Source: Deltaproteobacteria bacterium
Lineage (GTDB): Bacteria; Myxococcota_A; Polyangia; DRWM01; JAAZOP01
DNA length: 64,000 nucleotides
Assembly (NCBI GenBank): GCA_016218815.1
Contig: JACRCX010000117.1
Location: 35,009-99,008 of the forward strand
Direction: 5' to 3'
In this document: positions 1-9,074 of the stretch, piece after piece
Numbering within the stretch: the first letter of the stretch is position 1
How the letters are laid out: each line of letters starts with the position of its first letter
Notes under the pieces: generated by a model
What the model was told of the DNA's origin: nothing
The model's database searches: none
Seen by the model: only the letters and a program-made list of their open reading frames with translations
Position numbers and translations under genes: made by a program

Positions 1-869
1 GGGACACGGCCGAGTACACGCTGCAGCAGGGCGACGTCCTGCAGTTCCTGTCGCAGATCCCGGACGACTGCCCGGGCACCAACTGGGGGACCACGATGGC
101 GGGCGTGCAGATCCACTATTGCGAGGTCGGACCCGAATACGATCTCACGGGCACGACGGTGTCGGCGAACAAGCCGGTGTCGGTGTTCGGCGGCCACGAC
201 TGCACGTTCGTGCCGCACGATCGCTGGGCCTGCGATCACCTGGAGGAGCAGATCTTCCCGGCCGAGTCGCTGGGGCGGCGCTACGTCGGCTCGGCACCGC
301 AATCGATCCGTGGCGAGGGCAGCATCTGGCGCATCGTCTCGGCGGCCGACGGCAACGAGGTGACCTTCACGCCGTCGTCGGTCCACGCGCCGATGACGCT
401 GGGTCACGGCGAACACCGCGAGTTCGAGTCGACCGACGACTTCCTGGTGACCGGCACGGGGCCGATGCTGCTGGTGCAGTACCTGACCGGCGAGGGCGAC
501 GACATGGACTCGATCGGCGATCCTTCGATGGGGCTGGCGGTGCCGATCGAGCAGTTCCGCAAGGACTACAACTTCCTCTCGCCGGAGGACTACCGCGACG
601 AGGGCCCGCGGCAGGTCGGACAGAACTGGCTCAACCTCATCGTGCCGACGGGAGCGACGACGTGGCTGGACGGCGTGGTGCAGACGGACTTCACGGCGAT
701 CGGCACGTCGGGCTACGGAGTCGCGCGCATCCAGGTCCCGGGCGGCTCGCACACTCTGACCGGCCCCGACAAGATCGGCGTCATGTGCTACGGCTACGGC
801 AACTACACGTCGTACCTCTACCCCGGCGGCCTGAACGTCGACCCGATCAACACCGTGATCATCTTCTGA
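1..869 (+). CDS. Hypothetical secreted protein, 5' end truncated by the window edge (the frame is open from base 3)
   Basis: The ORF 96..869 continues in frame without a stop back to the window start (DTAEYTLQQGDVLQF...). The composition is non-repetitive, aromatic and Gly-rich, typical of a real secreted protein. No confident family assignment. Confidence 0.55.
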   Translation, partial: DTAEYTLQQGDVLQFLSQIPDDCPGTNWGTTMAGVQIHYCEVGPEYDLTGTTVSANKPVSVFGGHDCTFVPHDRWACDHLEEQIFPAESLGRRYVGSAPQSIRGEGSIWRIVSAADGNEVTFTPSSVHAPMTLGHGEHREFESTDDFLVTGTGPMLLVQYLTGEGDDMDSIGDPSMGLAVPIEQFRKDYNFLSPEDYRDEGPRQVGQNWLNLIVPTGATTWLDGVVQTDFTAIGTSGYGVARIQVPGGSHTLTGPDKIGVMCYGYGNYTSYLYPGGLNVDPINTVIIF

Positions 870-1308
870 CGCTCCAGCGCATGCGCCGGTGCGGGATCCC
901 CGCGTCGAGGAATTCGCCGCCTTCCGCGGAAAACCCCAGACGTTCGTAGAAACCGATGGCGCGCACCTGCGCGTCCGCCACGACCTCGCGCATCCCGCGC
1001 TCGCGCGCCAGGTCGATCAGCCGGCGGACGAGCGCGGCCCCGACGCCGCGCTTGCGCCACGCCGCGACGACCGCGACGCGGCCGACGTGGCCGTCGTCGA
1101 GCAGCCTGCCGGTGCCGATCGGCCGGCCCGCCGCGTCCCGCGCCAGCACGTGGACGCAGGCGTCGTCGTGCTCGTCGATCTCCAGCTCCGGCGGCACCGC
1201 CTGCTCGACGATGTAGACCTCGCGGCGGATCTCGAACAGCTCCGTGCGGGACGTCGCCCAGTCGGTGACCGCGAGCGTGAAGGGGGAAGGGGAGGGTGGT
1301 TCGTCCAA
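859..1308 (-). CDS. GNAT family N-acetyltransferase
   Basis: The translation FTLAVTDWATSRTELFEIRREVYIVEQ...RRLIDLARERGMREVVADAQVRAIGFYERLGFSAEG has a GNAT acetyl-CoA-binding fold signature (Q/RxxGxG/A-like RKRGVGAAL). The maximal ORF extends to 1434, but its N-terminal 40 aa are Arg-rich. The likely start is TTG at about 1308, giving about 150 aa. Confidence 0.7.
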   Translation of the reverse strand: MDEPPSPSPFTLAVTDWATSRTELFEIRREVYIVEQAVPPELEIDEHDDACVHVLARDAAGRPIGTGRLLDDGHVGRVAVVAAWRKRGVGAALVRRLIDLARERGMREVVADAQVRAIGFYERLGFSAEGGEFLDAGIPHRRMRWSVRR

Positions 1309-1608
1309 GAGTGCCGTCCCATCGAAGCCCGCACGCCGCCGGCGAAGCGGGCACGCTGCGCGGGGCGGCTTCGTTCCGGATAGCTTCGACGAGTCCGAGG
1401 CTGGAGGCAATCGCTGGAAGGAGCCACTCGGCACGCATCACCGGCGCGGATCGTCGGCTCCGGCTTTCCACGCGAGGACGCTCCCTTCCACCCCCGACCG
1501 AGCCGGGACCGGACCGGGCCTCGTGCGCTCGGAACCCGCGGTCGGGCGGTGAATGCGGATTGCATGCACCTGCAAAACGAACGCTGGTAAATTGCATAGG
1601 TAGGCAAT

Positions 1609-2826
1609 TTGCTTGACGGTCGAACCTGGCGGACGCAGGATGGGTGCGTGGACCTGCGTCCCCGCTACCTGGAGGAACCCATCGTCGAGGATCTCGCCTC
1701 GAAGATGGTCTTCCTGGGCGGTCCCCGACAGGTGGGCAAGACGACCCTCGCCCGGGACATCGTCGGGAAGCGGTGGCCTTCCTCCTTCTTCTCGTGGGAC
1801 AAGCTGGTCCAGCGGAAGGCAGCCCTCAAGGGCGAGTGGCCGCCGGAGTCGCGGCTGATCGTCCTGGACGAGTTCCACAAGCAACCGAAGTGGAAGACGT
1901 GGCTCAAGGGCGAGCATGACACCTCGGAAGGGAGGCGGGTGTTCCTGCTCACCGGGAGCGCCCGGATGAACGTCTACCGGCGAGGCGGAGACTCGCTGCA
2001 GGGCAGGTACCACTACCGGACGCTCCACCCCTTCACGCTGGCAGAGCTGCGGGGCGACGGACTGCTCGCGAAGCCCGGCGCCGCGCTGGAGTTCCGCGAG
2101 CGGGACGACGGCGCCGGCGCGGATCTCGAGACGCTGCTTCGGGTGGGCGGCTTTCCGGAACCTCTCTTCAGGGGGGACGCGCGGTTCCACCGCAGATGGC
2201 AGGCCGAGAGGATGGAGCGGTTCTTCCGCGAGGACGTCCGGGACCTGACCCGGATCGCGGAGCTGGGCTCGCTCGCGCTGCTCGCGGATCTCCTTCCCGG
2301 AAGAGTGGCTTCCATCCTCTCCATCAACTCCCTGGCCGGGGACCTCGCCGTCAATTTCCGCACCGTCGCGGCCTGGCTGGTCTCCTTCGAGCTGCTGTAC
2401 CACAGCTTCCGGATCCCTCCCTTCCAGAGCAGGAAGGTCCCGGCGGTGAGGAAGGAACGGAAGCTGTACCTCTGGGATTGGTCGGCCGTGGACGGCGAGG
2501 GGGCGAGGTTCGAGAACCTCGTGGCGTCCCATCTCCTCAAGCTTTGCGACTACCTGCACGAGCACGAGGGCTGGAAGACCGAGCTCCACTACCTCCGCGA
2601 CACGACCGGCCGGGAGGTGGACTTTCTCGTCACGCACCAGGGCAAGCCGTGGTTCGCCGTGGAGGTGAAGCTCGACGACCGCGAAGTCTCGCGGAACCTC
2701 CTCTACTTCAGGGACAGGATCGGCATTCCCTTCTGCTACCAGGTCACCCGGACCGCGAACGCCGATTTCGAGAAGCTCGGCGTGCGGGTCGTTCCTGCCT
2801 CGCGGTTCCTGACCGCGTTCGGTTAG
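1609..2826 (+). CDS. AAA-family ATP-binding protein (COG1373 / DUF4143 type)
   Basis: Walker A GGPRQVGKTTL and Walker B-like LIVLDEFHK are present. The C-terminal region matches DUF4143-type ATPases, which are widespread in bacteria and archaea. TTG start at 1609. Confidence 0.8.
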   Translation: MLDGRTWRTQDGCVDLRPRYLEEPIVEDLASKMVFLGGPRQVGKTTLARDIVGKRWPSSFFSWDKLVQRKAALKGEWPPESRLIVLDEFHKQPKWKTWLKGEHDTSEGRRVFLLTGSARMNVYRRGGDSLQGRYHYRTLHPFTLAELRGDGLLAKPGAALEFRERDDGAGADLETLLRVGGFPEPLFRGDARFHRRWQAERMERFFREDVRDLTRIAELGSLALLADLLPGRVASILSINSLAGDLAVNFRTVAAWLVSFELLYHSFRIPPFQSRKVPAVRKERKLYLWDWSAVDGEGARFENLVASHLLKLCDYLHEHEGWKTELHYLRDTTGREVDFLVTHQGKPWFAVEVKLDDREVSRNLLYFRDRIGIPFCYQVTRTANADFEKLGVRVVPASRFLTAFG

Positions 2827-3109
2827 GGTCCTTCCTTCCCCTCCGTGCCCTCGGACCTTCCCCTCCGCGCGACACCCGGCCTCGTCCGCCGCCGCGGCCC
2901 GCCGCAGCCGAGCACCAGGATCCGGGCGACGCCGGCGATGGTGGCGGCCAGCTCGGCCGGCGGATTCTTCGTCGCCGCGACGATCAGTCGCGCGCATCGG
3001 CCTCGTCATCCTCCGGAGCCGCACGCATGTCGGCACCGTTGGAGGCGTGAAGATCATCGGTCGGAGCGGACGGCGTCGGCTCCGAGCCTACCGGGCGACG
3101 GCGACGCGG

Positions 3110-4435
3110 CTACCGCACGGGAGGCCCGTCCGGCAACCCGGGCACGCCCGTGCTCGGGCGCAGCAGGCCGATTCGTGTCAGCATCGACCGCCACTGCGTG
3201 AACGGCGCGCCCGGCACCGGCGGCAACGGCGGCGGATCGGCCCATGCCGCCGAGAACCGGCGCGGCGACGCGGCGGGGGCGAACCCGAGCGGTTCCTCTC
3301 GCGACGGGTACGGCAGGCCCGTCGGCTGCCCGACGAACGACCGGAACTCGAACCGGGAATTGTAGACGAGCGCTGCGCCGCCCTCGACGTCGAACGGAGC
3401 TTCCAGATCGACGGCGCCCGCTCCGTTCAAGCCGACGTACACGATGTCGAGGCCCGTCGTGGCGGAGTAGTCGAGCGGCGACGTCGCGCAAGTGACGAAG
3501 GTGCCGGCGAACGGTTCGAGCATCCGAGGCCCGGCGCCCGGACCGGCGATCCGCGGCGGCGGCCCTTCGGCGCTCAGGTCGATCATGTCGCCGTAGCCGT
3601 ACGTGCCGCTCGCCTCCTTCAGCCACAGGGCGATCAGGCTGTCGCGCTGGACGTCGTTGAAAGCGCCGAGCCGGCCGCGCAGGTACTCGTCGACCACGTC
3701 CGGCGAGCCGCTGGGGAGGTGGAACACGTCGGAGAAGGTCGACACGCCGTCGAGCTGCGCGGCGACGTAGCTCCAGAAGAGGTAGGCCAGGGCGTAGTTC
3801 TCGTATTGGTCGTACGACCAGTGGACCATCGAGAGCCCGCCGGCGATGATCCCGGAGCGGTCGTCGAAGTAGGCGCTCACGGCGTAGTCGTTCTCCCCGT
3901 TGACGGCGCGCACCGCGCACTCCGCCAGGCCCTCGTTGTGGTACGACCAGTCGTCCCAGATGTCGGGGTGCTCCTCGGCGTACAGCAGGTGCTGGTACTC
4001 GTGGGGCACGACGCTGCGCCAGTAGCCCCCGCCGTAGCCGACGATGTCGGCGTTGATGTACAGCAGCTCCATCTCGTTGGAGTGCGTGCCCCACAGCCGC
4101 CTCGCCTCCTCATCGGACATGCCGTCGGCGGGGTTGAAGTAGCCGGCGAAGCCGTCGCCGGTGACGACGGCGAAGACGACCTTCCCGTTGCCGTCCCGGT
4201 CCGGCGGCTCGCGGAACAACGAGGACTCCAGCGTGTAGACCTCGGAGTCGAAGTAGTCGAGCCACGACTGCGGGACGCGCGCGATGCGGTCCCCCTCCGT
4301 GTAGACCACGCACCGTTCGCCGATCGCCCCGCGCACGGTGTGCGCCAGCCGTTCCTCGAACGTCACCAGATCCGAGGTCCACAGATCGGCGGTGTCGGCG
4401 GAGAGGAACGACGCGCTCAGCTCGCCGCCGGGCAC
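3110..4435 (-). CDS. Putative HExxH zinc metallopeptidase-like protein (paralog of 11859..13538), with no signal peptide
   Basis: HEYQHLLY motif followed by NEGLAE. The protein aligns over about 250 aa with the lipoprotein at 11859..13538 (NExELxY, HExQHLxY, EGxAE). An in-frame stop lies immediately upstream of the GTG start, so this copy is N-terminally shorter and not secreted. Confidence 0.55.
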   Translation of the reverse strand: MPGGELSASFLSADTADLWTSDLVTFEERLAHTVRGAIGERCVVYTEGDRIARVPQSWLDYFDSEVYTLESSLFREPPDRDGNGKVVFAVVTGDGFAGYFNPADGMSDEEARRLWGTHSNEMELLYINADIVGYGGGYWRSVVPHEYQHLLYAEEHPDIWDDWSYHNEGLAECAVRAVNGENDYAVSAYFDDRSGIIAGGLSMVHWSYDQYENYALAYLFWSYVAAQLDGVSTFSDVFHLPSGSPDVVDEYLRGRLGAFNDVQRDSLIALWLKEASGTYGYGDMIDLSAEGPPPRIAGPGAGPRMLEPFAGTFVTCATSPLDYSATTGLDIVYVGLNGAGAVDLEAPFDVEGGAALVYNSRFEFRSFVGQPTGLPYPSREEPLGFAPAASPRRFSAAWADPPPLPPVPGAPFTQWRSMLTRIGLLRPSTGVPGLPDGPPVR

Positions 4436-4645
4436 TCCCGTGTCGACGACGAGAGTATGCTCGACGCCGAGCTTCTGCTTCGCCGTGGCCAGCGTGGCGG
4501 TCAGGCGTCCTCACCGCGGATCAGCGCGCCGTTCTGGACGCCCTGAAACCGCTCGGCTGCTCGGCAATGCGCTCGGCTGATCCCGCAAGCCTCCCCCACC
4601 CCGGGCGGGGGTACCCACGGTCGCGGAACCGTGTAGGATGTCCCC

Positions 4646-5806
4646 GTGACGCGGTTTCCAACCCGGCTGGTCGTGGCGGGCGTCGTGCTGGTTGCCGGCT
4701 GCGGCCTGTCCACCGGCGGGCTCGGCGAGCCCGACGACGGCGGCCCCGGGGATGCGGCGGATGTCCGGGAGACGGTCGATGTGCGCCCGGACACGGACGT
4801 GCGGGAGGACGGGCGGGACGGCGCCGACGCCGATGCGGATGTCGACGTGCCGCCGGACGCGGACTCCGACGCCGCCGACGACGGTGGCCCGGACGCGGAG
4901 GAAGACGGGGGCGGGCCCGAGGACGGGCCACCCGACGCCGACGACGACGGCGACGACGGTCTGCCCGACGTGGATGAGGTCGAGGACGCGGCGGCCGAGG
5001 ATGCAGCCGACGACGGCGCGGTCGAGGAGGTCGCGGAGGTCGCCGACGAGGGGACGGATACCGGCTGTCCCGCGGATTGCAGCGGCCACGGAACGTGCGT
5101 GGCGGGCACCTGCGCCTGCTTCGGGGGCTACGCGCCGCCGGCGTGCGATGCCTGCATGCCCGGCTTCGGCGGGTATCCGTCGTGCGCGCCGTGCGGCACG
5201 CCGACCCTGCCGTGCTGCGACGGCGGCGCGTGCTCGACGCCGGGCTACGAGTGCGTCGGGGGCACCTGCGCGCTGGCCTGTCCCGCCGACATGATCCGCG
5301 TCGGTGAGACCAGCGTCTGCATCGACCGCTACGAGGCGTCGCGCTCGGGCTCGCTCGCGGTCTCGGTCGCCGGCGGCGCGCCGTGGCGCAGCATCAACAG
5401 GTGGAACGCCGAGACCGGTTGCGTGGCGGCGGGGAAGCGCCTGTGCACGGCGGCCGAGTGGCAGTCGGCGTGCCGTGGGCCGGCGGTACGGGACTATCCC
5501 TACGGAGCCGCGTTCACTTCCGGGATCTGCAACGACCGCAACGGGATGAGCTGTCCGCGGGACGGCACGGGGGTCGTCGCGACCGGGACGTACCCGTTGT
5601 GCCAGGGGGGCTACCCCGGCATCTTCGACATGAGCGGCAACGTGTGGGAGTGGGTCTGGGACTACGTCTCCGGCCGCTGCGGCCTCCTGGGCGGCTCCGT
5701 CGATTGCTGCAGCGAGGCCGCGTGTCTTGCTTGCGCCAACCTGCAGTACCAGGACTGCGACCTCGAGTGGCCCGCGCTGGGCTTCCGCTGCTGTTTGACG
5801 AGGTAG
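4646..5806 (+). CDS. Lipoprotein with an FGE-sulfatase (SUMF1/formylglycine-generating enzyme-like) domain
   Basis: Lipobox signal MTRFPTRLVVAGVVLVAGCG, then an acidic low-complexity stretch and an EGF-like Cys-rich segment. The C-terminal domain has RVGETSVCIDRYEASR...GKRLCTAAEWQSAC...DMSGNVWEWVWD, a hallmark of the FGE-sulfatase/DUF323 family. Confidence 0.75.
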   Translation: MTRFPTRLVVAGVVLVAGCGLSTGGLGEPDDGGPGDAADVRETVDVRPDTDVREDGRDGADADADVDVPPDADSDAADDGGPDAEEDGGGPEDGPPDADDDGDDGLPDVDEVEDAAAEDAADDGAVEEVAEVADEGTDTGCPADCSGHGTCVAGTCACFGGYAPPACDACMPGFGGYPSCAPCGTPTLPCCDGGACSTPGYECVGGTCALACPADMIRVGETSVCIDRYEASRSGSLAVSVAGGAPWRSINRWNAETGCVAAGKRLCTAAEWQSACRGPAVRDYPYGAAFTSGICNDRNGMSCPRDGTGVVATGTYPLCQGGYPGIFDMSGNVWEWVWDYVSGRCGLLGGSVDCCSEAACLACANLQYQDCDLEWPALGFRCCLTR

Positions 5807-5890
5807 GGCGCGGCCGCGCGTCGGTTCTTGCGGAGAGCCGTCTCGTGCCGTACAAGAGACGGCCATGTTTGCTCTTGCAGAAGGCCCTCC

Positions 5891-7819
5891 GTGACCCTGC
5901 GCCTCCGCACGCTGATCGTCTTCACGGCCAGCCTCGCCGGGCTCGTGCTGGTCCTGTATTTCGTCGTTGCCGCGGTGCTCCACCGGAGCTACGCGGAGCT
6001 CGAGGACCGGGACGCACGGAAGAACCTGGCCCGCGTGCAGGCCGCCCTGCGCGAGCGCGTCGCGGCCCTGAATCTCGTGGTGGGCGACTGGGCGCCGTGG
6101 GACGACTCCTACGCGTTCGTGCAGGACGGGGATGCAGAGTTCGTCCGCTCCAACCTCGATGCGCCGACGCTGGCGAACCTGGCGGTGAGCGCGGTCGTCT
6201 ACGTCGCCGCCGACGGCCGGCTCGTCTTCGGCCGCGGCTTCGATCAGGAAAGCGAGACCCTTGGCGAGTTGCCGCGCGGCCTGGCCGAGCTCCTCGGTCC
6301 CGGCGGCGCGCTCCTCGGCCCGGCGTCCGCGTCCGGCGGGCTCTCCGGCGTGCTGGCCCTTCCCGACGGCCCCCTGCTCATTGCCGCGCAGCCGATCCTG
6401 CGCAGCGATCGCACCGGCCCGTCGCCCGGGGTGTTGGCGATGGCGCGGCCGCTCGCCGAGGCCCAGATTGCCGAGCTGACCGCCGCGTTGCACGTGGAGC
6501 TGGCGGTAGATGGCTGGGCGGCGCCGGCCGTCACCGCCACGGAAGAGCCCGCCCGGCGCGGTCTGTCGAGCGAGCGCCCCGACGCGGTCGTGCCGATCGG
6601 CGAGCAGCGGATGGCGGGCCTGACGCTGGTTGCGGACGTGTTCGGCCGGCCCGCGCTGGTCGTGCGGGCGCTGCTGCCCCGCGAGATCCACGAGCAGGGC
6701 CGCGCCGACCTGCGCTACCTGCTCTTCGCGATCATCGGAGTCGGCGTCGCGATCACGCTGATCGGCGTGCTGCTCCTGGACACGGTACTTCGCCGGCTGA
6801 CGAAGGTCTCGCGGCAGGTCGTCGAGGTCGGCTCGAGTGCCGACTCCTCGCGACGCCTGCCGCCGGGCGGCAAGGACGAGTTGGGCCGTCTCGCCGCGGC
6901 GATCAACGGCATGCTGGAGGCCCTGCAGCAGTCGCAGGCGAGGCTTCGCGAGCAGGACGAGGCGCACCGGAGGGACCTGGAGCTGAAGGTCCGCGAACGC
7001 ACGGCCGACCTGGCCCAGCTGAACGTGGCGCTCGAGGCGACCGTCGCGGAAATGCAGCGGGCCAGGGGCGAGGCCGAACGGGCCAACCGCGCCAAGAGCG
7101 AGTTCCTCTCGCGGATGAGCCACGAGCTGCGCACGCCCCTCAACGCCATCCTCGGGTTCGGCCAGCTGCTCCAGGGCGCCGGGCTTTCGCTCGAACAGCA
7201 CCGGAACGCGGATGACATCGTGAAGGCCGGGCGCCATCTGCTGCAGCTTGTGGACGAGGTGCTCGATCTGGCGCGGATCGAGTCCGGCCGTTCGCCGACC
7301 TCCTTGGAGCCGGTGCGAGCGGGCGACGTGCTCGCCCAGGCGCTCGAGCTGGTGCGGCCGACCGCCGAGCGGCATGAGGCGAAGGTGGAGGTCCCCGAGC
7401 CGGCTTCGTTCTCCCGCTGCGTGCTTGCCGATCGCCGCCGGCTGCTGCAGGTGCTGATCAACCTGCTGTCCAACGCGTTGAAGTACGGCGGTCGCGGCGG
7501 CACGGTGACCGCGGAGTGCCGGGAGGCGACGGCCGGCTGTTTGCGTCTTTCCGTGCGCGATAGCGGGCCGGGAATTCCGCCTGCGCTCCAGGAGCGACTG
7601 TTCGTGCCGTTCGAGCGGCTCGGCGCGGAGAAGGGAGAGATCGACGGCATCGGGCTGGGCCTGTCGCTGTCCAAGCGCTTCGTCGAGGCCATGGGTGGCA
7701 CGATCGGTCTGGACAGCCCGCCGGGGCAGGGGAGCACCTTCTGGGTCGAGCTGCCGGAGGCCGACGACCCGGAGCCGAGCCCCGCGCCGAATCCGGACGC
7801 GGGGAGGGAGTCGGCGTGA
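5891..7819 (+). CDS. Sensor histidine kinase (membrane sensor + HAMP-like + HisKA + HATPase_c)
   Basis: N-terminal TM helix (LIVFTASLAGLVLVLYFVVAAVL), HisKA H-box SEFLSRMSHELRTPLNAILGF, and HATPase G-boxes (RDSGPGIP, GIGLGLSLSKRFVEAMGG). Start set at GTG 5891; the maximal ORF from 5828 adds an Arg/Cys-rich leader. Confidence 0.8.
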   Translation: MTLRLRTLIVFTASLAGLVLVLYFVVAAVLHRSYAELEDRDARKNLARVQAALRERVAALNLVVGDWAPWDDSYAFVQDGDAEFVRSNLDAPTLANLAVSAVVYVAADGRLVFGRGFDQESETLGELPRGLAELLGPGGALLGPASASGGLSGVLALPDGPLLIAAQPILRSDRTGPSPGVLAMARPLAEAQIAELTAALHVELAVDGWAAPAVTATEEPARRGLSSERPDAVVPIGEQRMAGLTLVADVFGRPALVVRALLPREIHEQGRADLRYLLFAIIGVGVAITLIGVLLLDTVLRRLTKVSRQVVEVGSSADSSRRLPPGGKDELGRLAAAINGMLEALQQSQARLREQDEAHRRDLELKVRERTADLAQLNVALEATVAEMQRARGEAERANRAKSEFLSRMSHELRTPLNAILGFGQLLQGAGLSLEQHRNADDIVKAGRHLLQLVDEVLDLARIESGRSPTSLEPVRAGDVLAQALELVRPTAERHEAKVEVPEPASFSRCVLADRRRLLQVLINLLSNALKYGGRGGTVTAECREATAGCLRLSVRDSGPGIPPALQERLFVPFERLGAEKGEIDGIGLGLSLSKRFVEAMGGTIGLDSPPGQGSTFWVELPEADDPEPSPAPNPDAGRESA

Positions 7820-8919
7820 GAAACGAGTCCCGGAGGGCCGAGACGACGATGGACGAGCCGGGACCGATGATGCGCACGCCGCGCCTCGACGCGCGCATCC
7901 TGATCGTCGACGACCAGGATGTGAACGTGCGGCTGCTCGAGCAGGTCCTGCGCAAGGCCGGCTACTCGAAACTGCGCGGCACGACGGACTCGGCGCAGGC
8001 GCTCCCGATCTTCGAGGAGTTCCGGCCCGACGCCGTGATCCTCGACCTGCTGATGCCGCCGCCCGATGGCTACCAGGTACTCGAGCAGCTCCGCGGGCGG
8101 ATGCCGGAGGTCGAGGTGCCGATCGTCGTCATCACCGCCGATGTCACGTCCGGCGCCAGGCAGCGCGCGCTGTCGCTCGGCGCCATCGACTTCCTGACCA
8201 AGCCGTTCGACCATGTCGAGGTCCTGTTGCGCATCGCCAACGTCCTCGATGTCCGCTACTGCCACCTGCGCACCCGCGCCGACCGCATACTGCTGGCGGA
8301 GACGGTCCGCGAGCGGACGGGCGGCCTGGAATCGGCGCAGAACGAGATCCTCGACCGGCTCGCCCGGCTGGCCGAGTTCCGGGACGACGACACGGGGGAG
8401 CATACGCAGCGCGTGGGGCGCATCGCCGCCGCGCTCGCGCGGGCGCTGCAGGTCGACGAGCGGGAGGTGCGGCTGATCCGTCGCGCGGCACCGCTGCACG
8501 ACATCGGCAAGGTCGGCATTCCGGACGAGATCCTGCTGCGCAAGGGCCCGCTCGCGCCGGACGAGCGGCTGTTGATGCAGGGCCACACGCGCATCGGCGC
8601 GCGGATCCTCTCCGGCTCGCCGTTCCGCGTGCTGCAGCTCGCCGAGACGATCGCCCTGCGGCACCACGAGCGGTGGGACGGCACCGGCTACCCGGATCGA
8701 CTGGCCGCGGGCAGCGTGCCCGTGGCCGCCCGGATCACCGCGGTCGTCGACGTGTGGGACGCGCTGATCCACGAGCGGCCCTACAAGAAGGCCTGGCCCG
8801 CGGAACGGGCGGCGGAGGAGCTGTGCGGGCAGCGCGAACGGCAATTCGATCCGGAAGTCGTCGACGCCTTTCTCGAGCTGCTCCGCGCGGGAAGCCTGGG
8901 GCCGACCACCGCGGGTTGA
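7816..8919 (+). CDS. Response regulator with an HD-GYP domain (c-di-GMP phosphodiesterase, RpfG-like)
   Basis: REC domain (ILIVDDQDVNVRLL...DAVILDLLMP...FLTKPFD) followed by HD-GYP (HTQRVGRIAA...HDIGKVGIPDEIL...HHERWDGTGYP). The start overlaps the kinase stop by 4 bp, indicating translational coupling. Confidence 0.85.
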   Translation: MRNESRRAETTMDEPGPMMRTPRLDARILIVDDQDVNVRLLEQVLRKAGYSKLRGTTDSAQALPIFEEFRPDAVILDLLMPPPDGYQVLEQLRGRMPEVEVPIVVITADVTSGARQRALSLGAIDFLTKPFDHVEVLLRIANVLDVRYCHLRTRADRILLAETVRERTGGLESAQNEILDRLARLAEFRDDDTGEHTQRVGRIAAALARALQVDEREVRLIRRAAPLHDIGKVGIPDEILLRKGPLAPDERLLMQGHTRIGARILSGSPFRVLQLAETIALRHHERWDGTGYPDRLAAGSVPVAARITAVVDVWDALIHERPYKKAWPAERAAEELCGQRERQFDPEVVDAFLELLRAGSLGPTTAG

Positions 8920-9074
8920 GCGGGATCGGCGCTGCGGACGCGGGTGCTGGTGCACAGCGGGGGCCGGTCCACCGCCCCGGGAATGGGCGAGGGGTCTCGC
9001 GGGTTCGACCGCCGCGGGACTCCGTGCTATCCAGCGGATGATGGCGATGCGACGATGACGGGAACGCGCGGAAC

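Noticed and set aside
4511-7375. A 954-aa ORF on the minus strand.
   Set aside because: The translation is extremely Arg/Ala/Gly-rich and has no motifs. It is antisense to two well-supported plus-strand genes (the FGE lipoprotein and the sensor kinase), so it is a GC-driven artefact.
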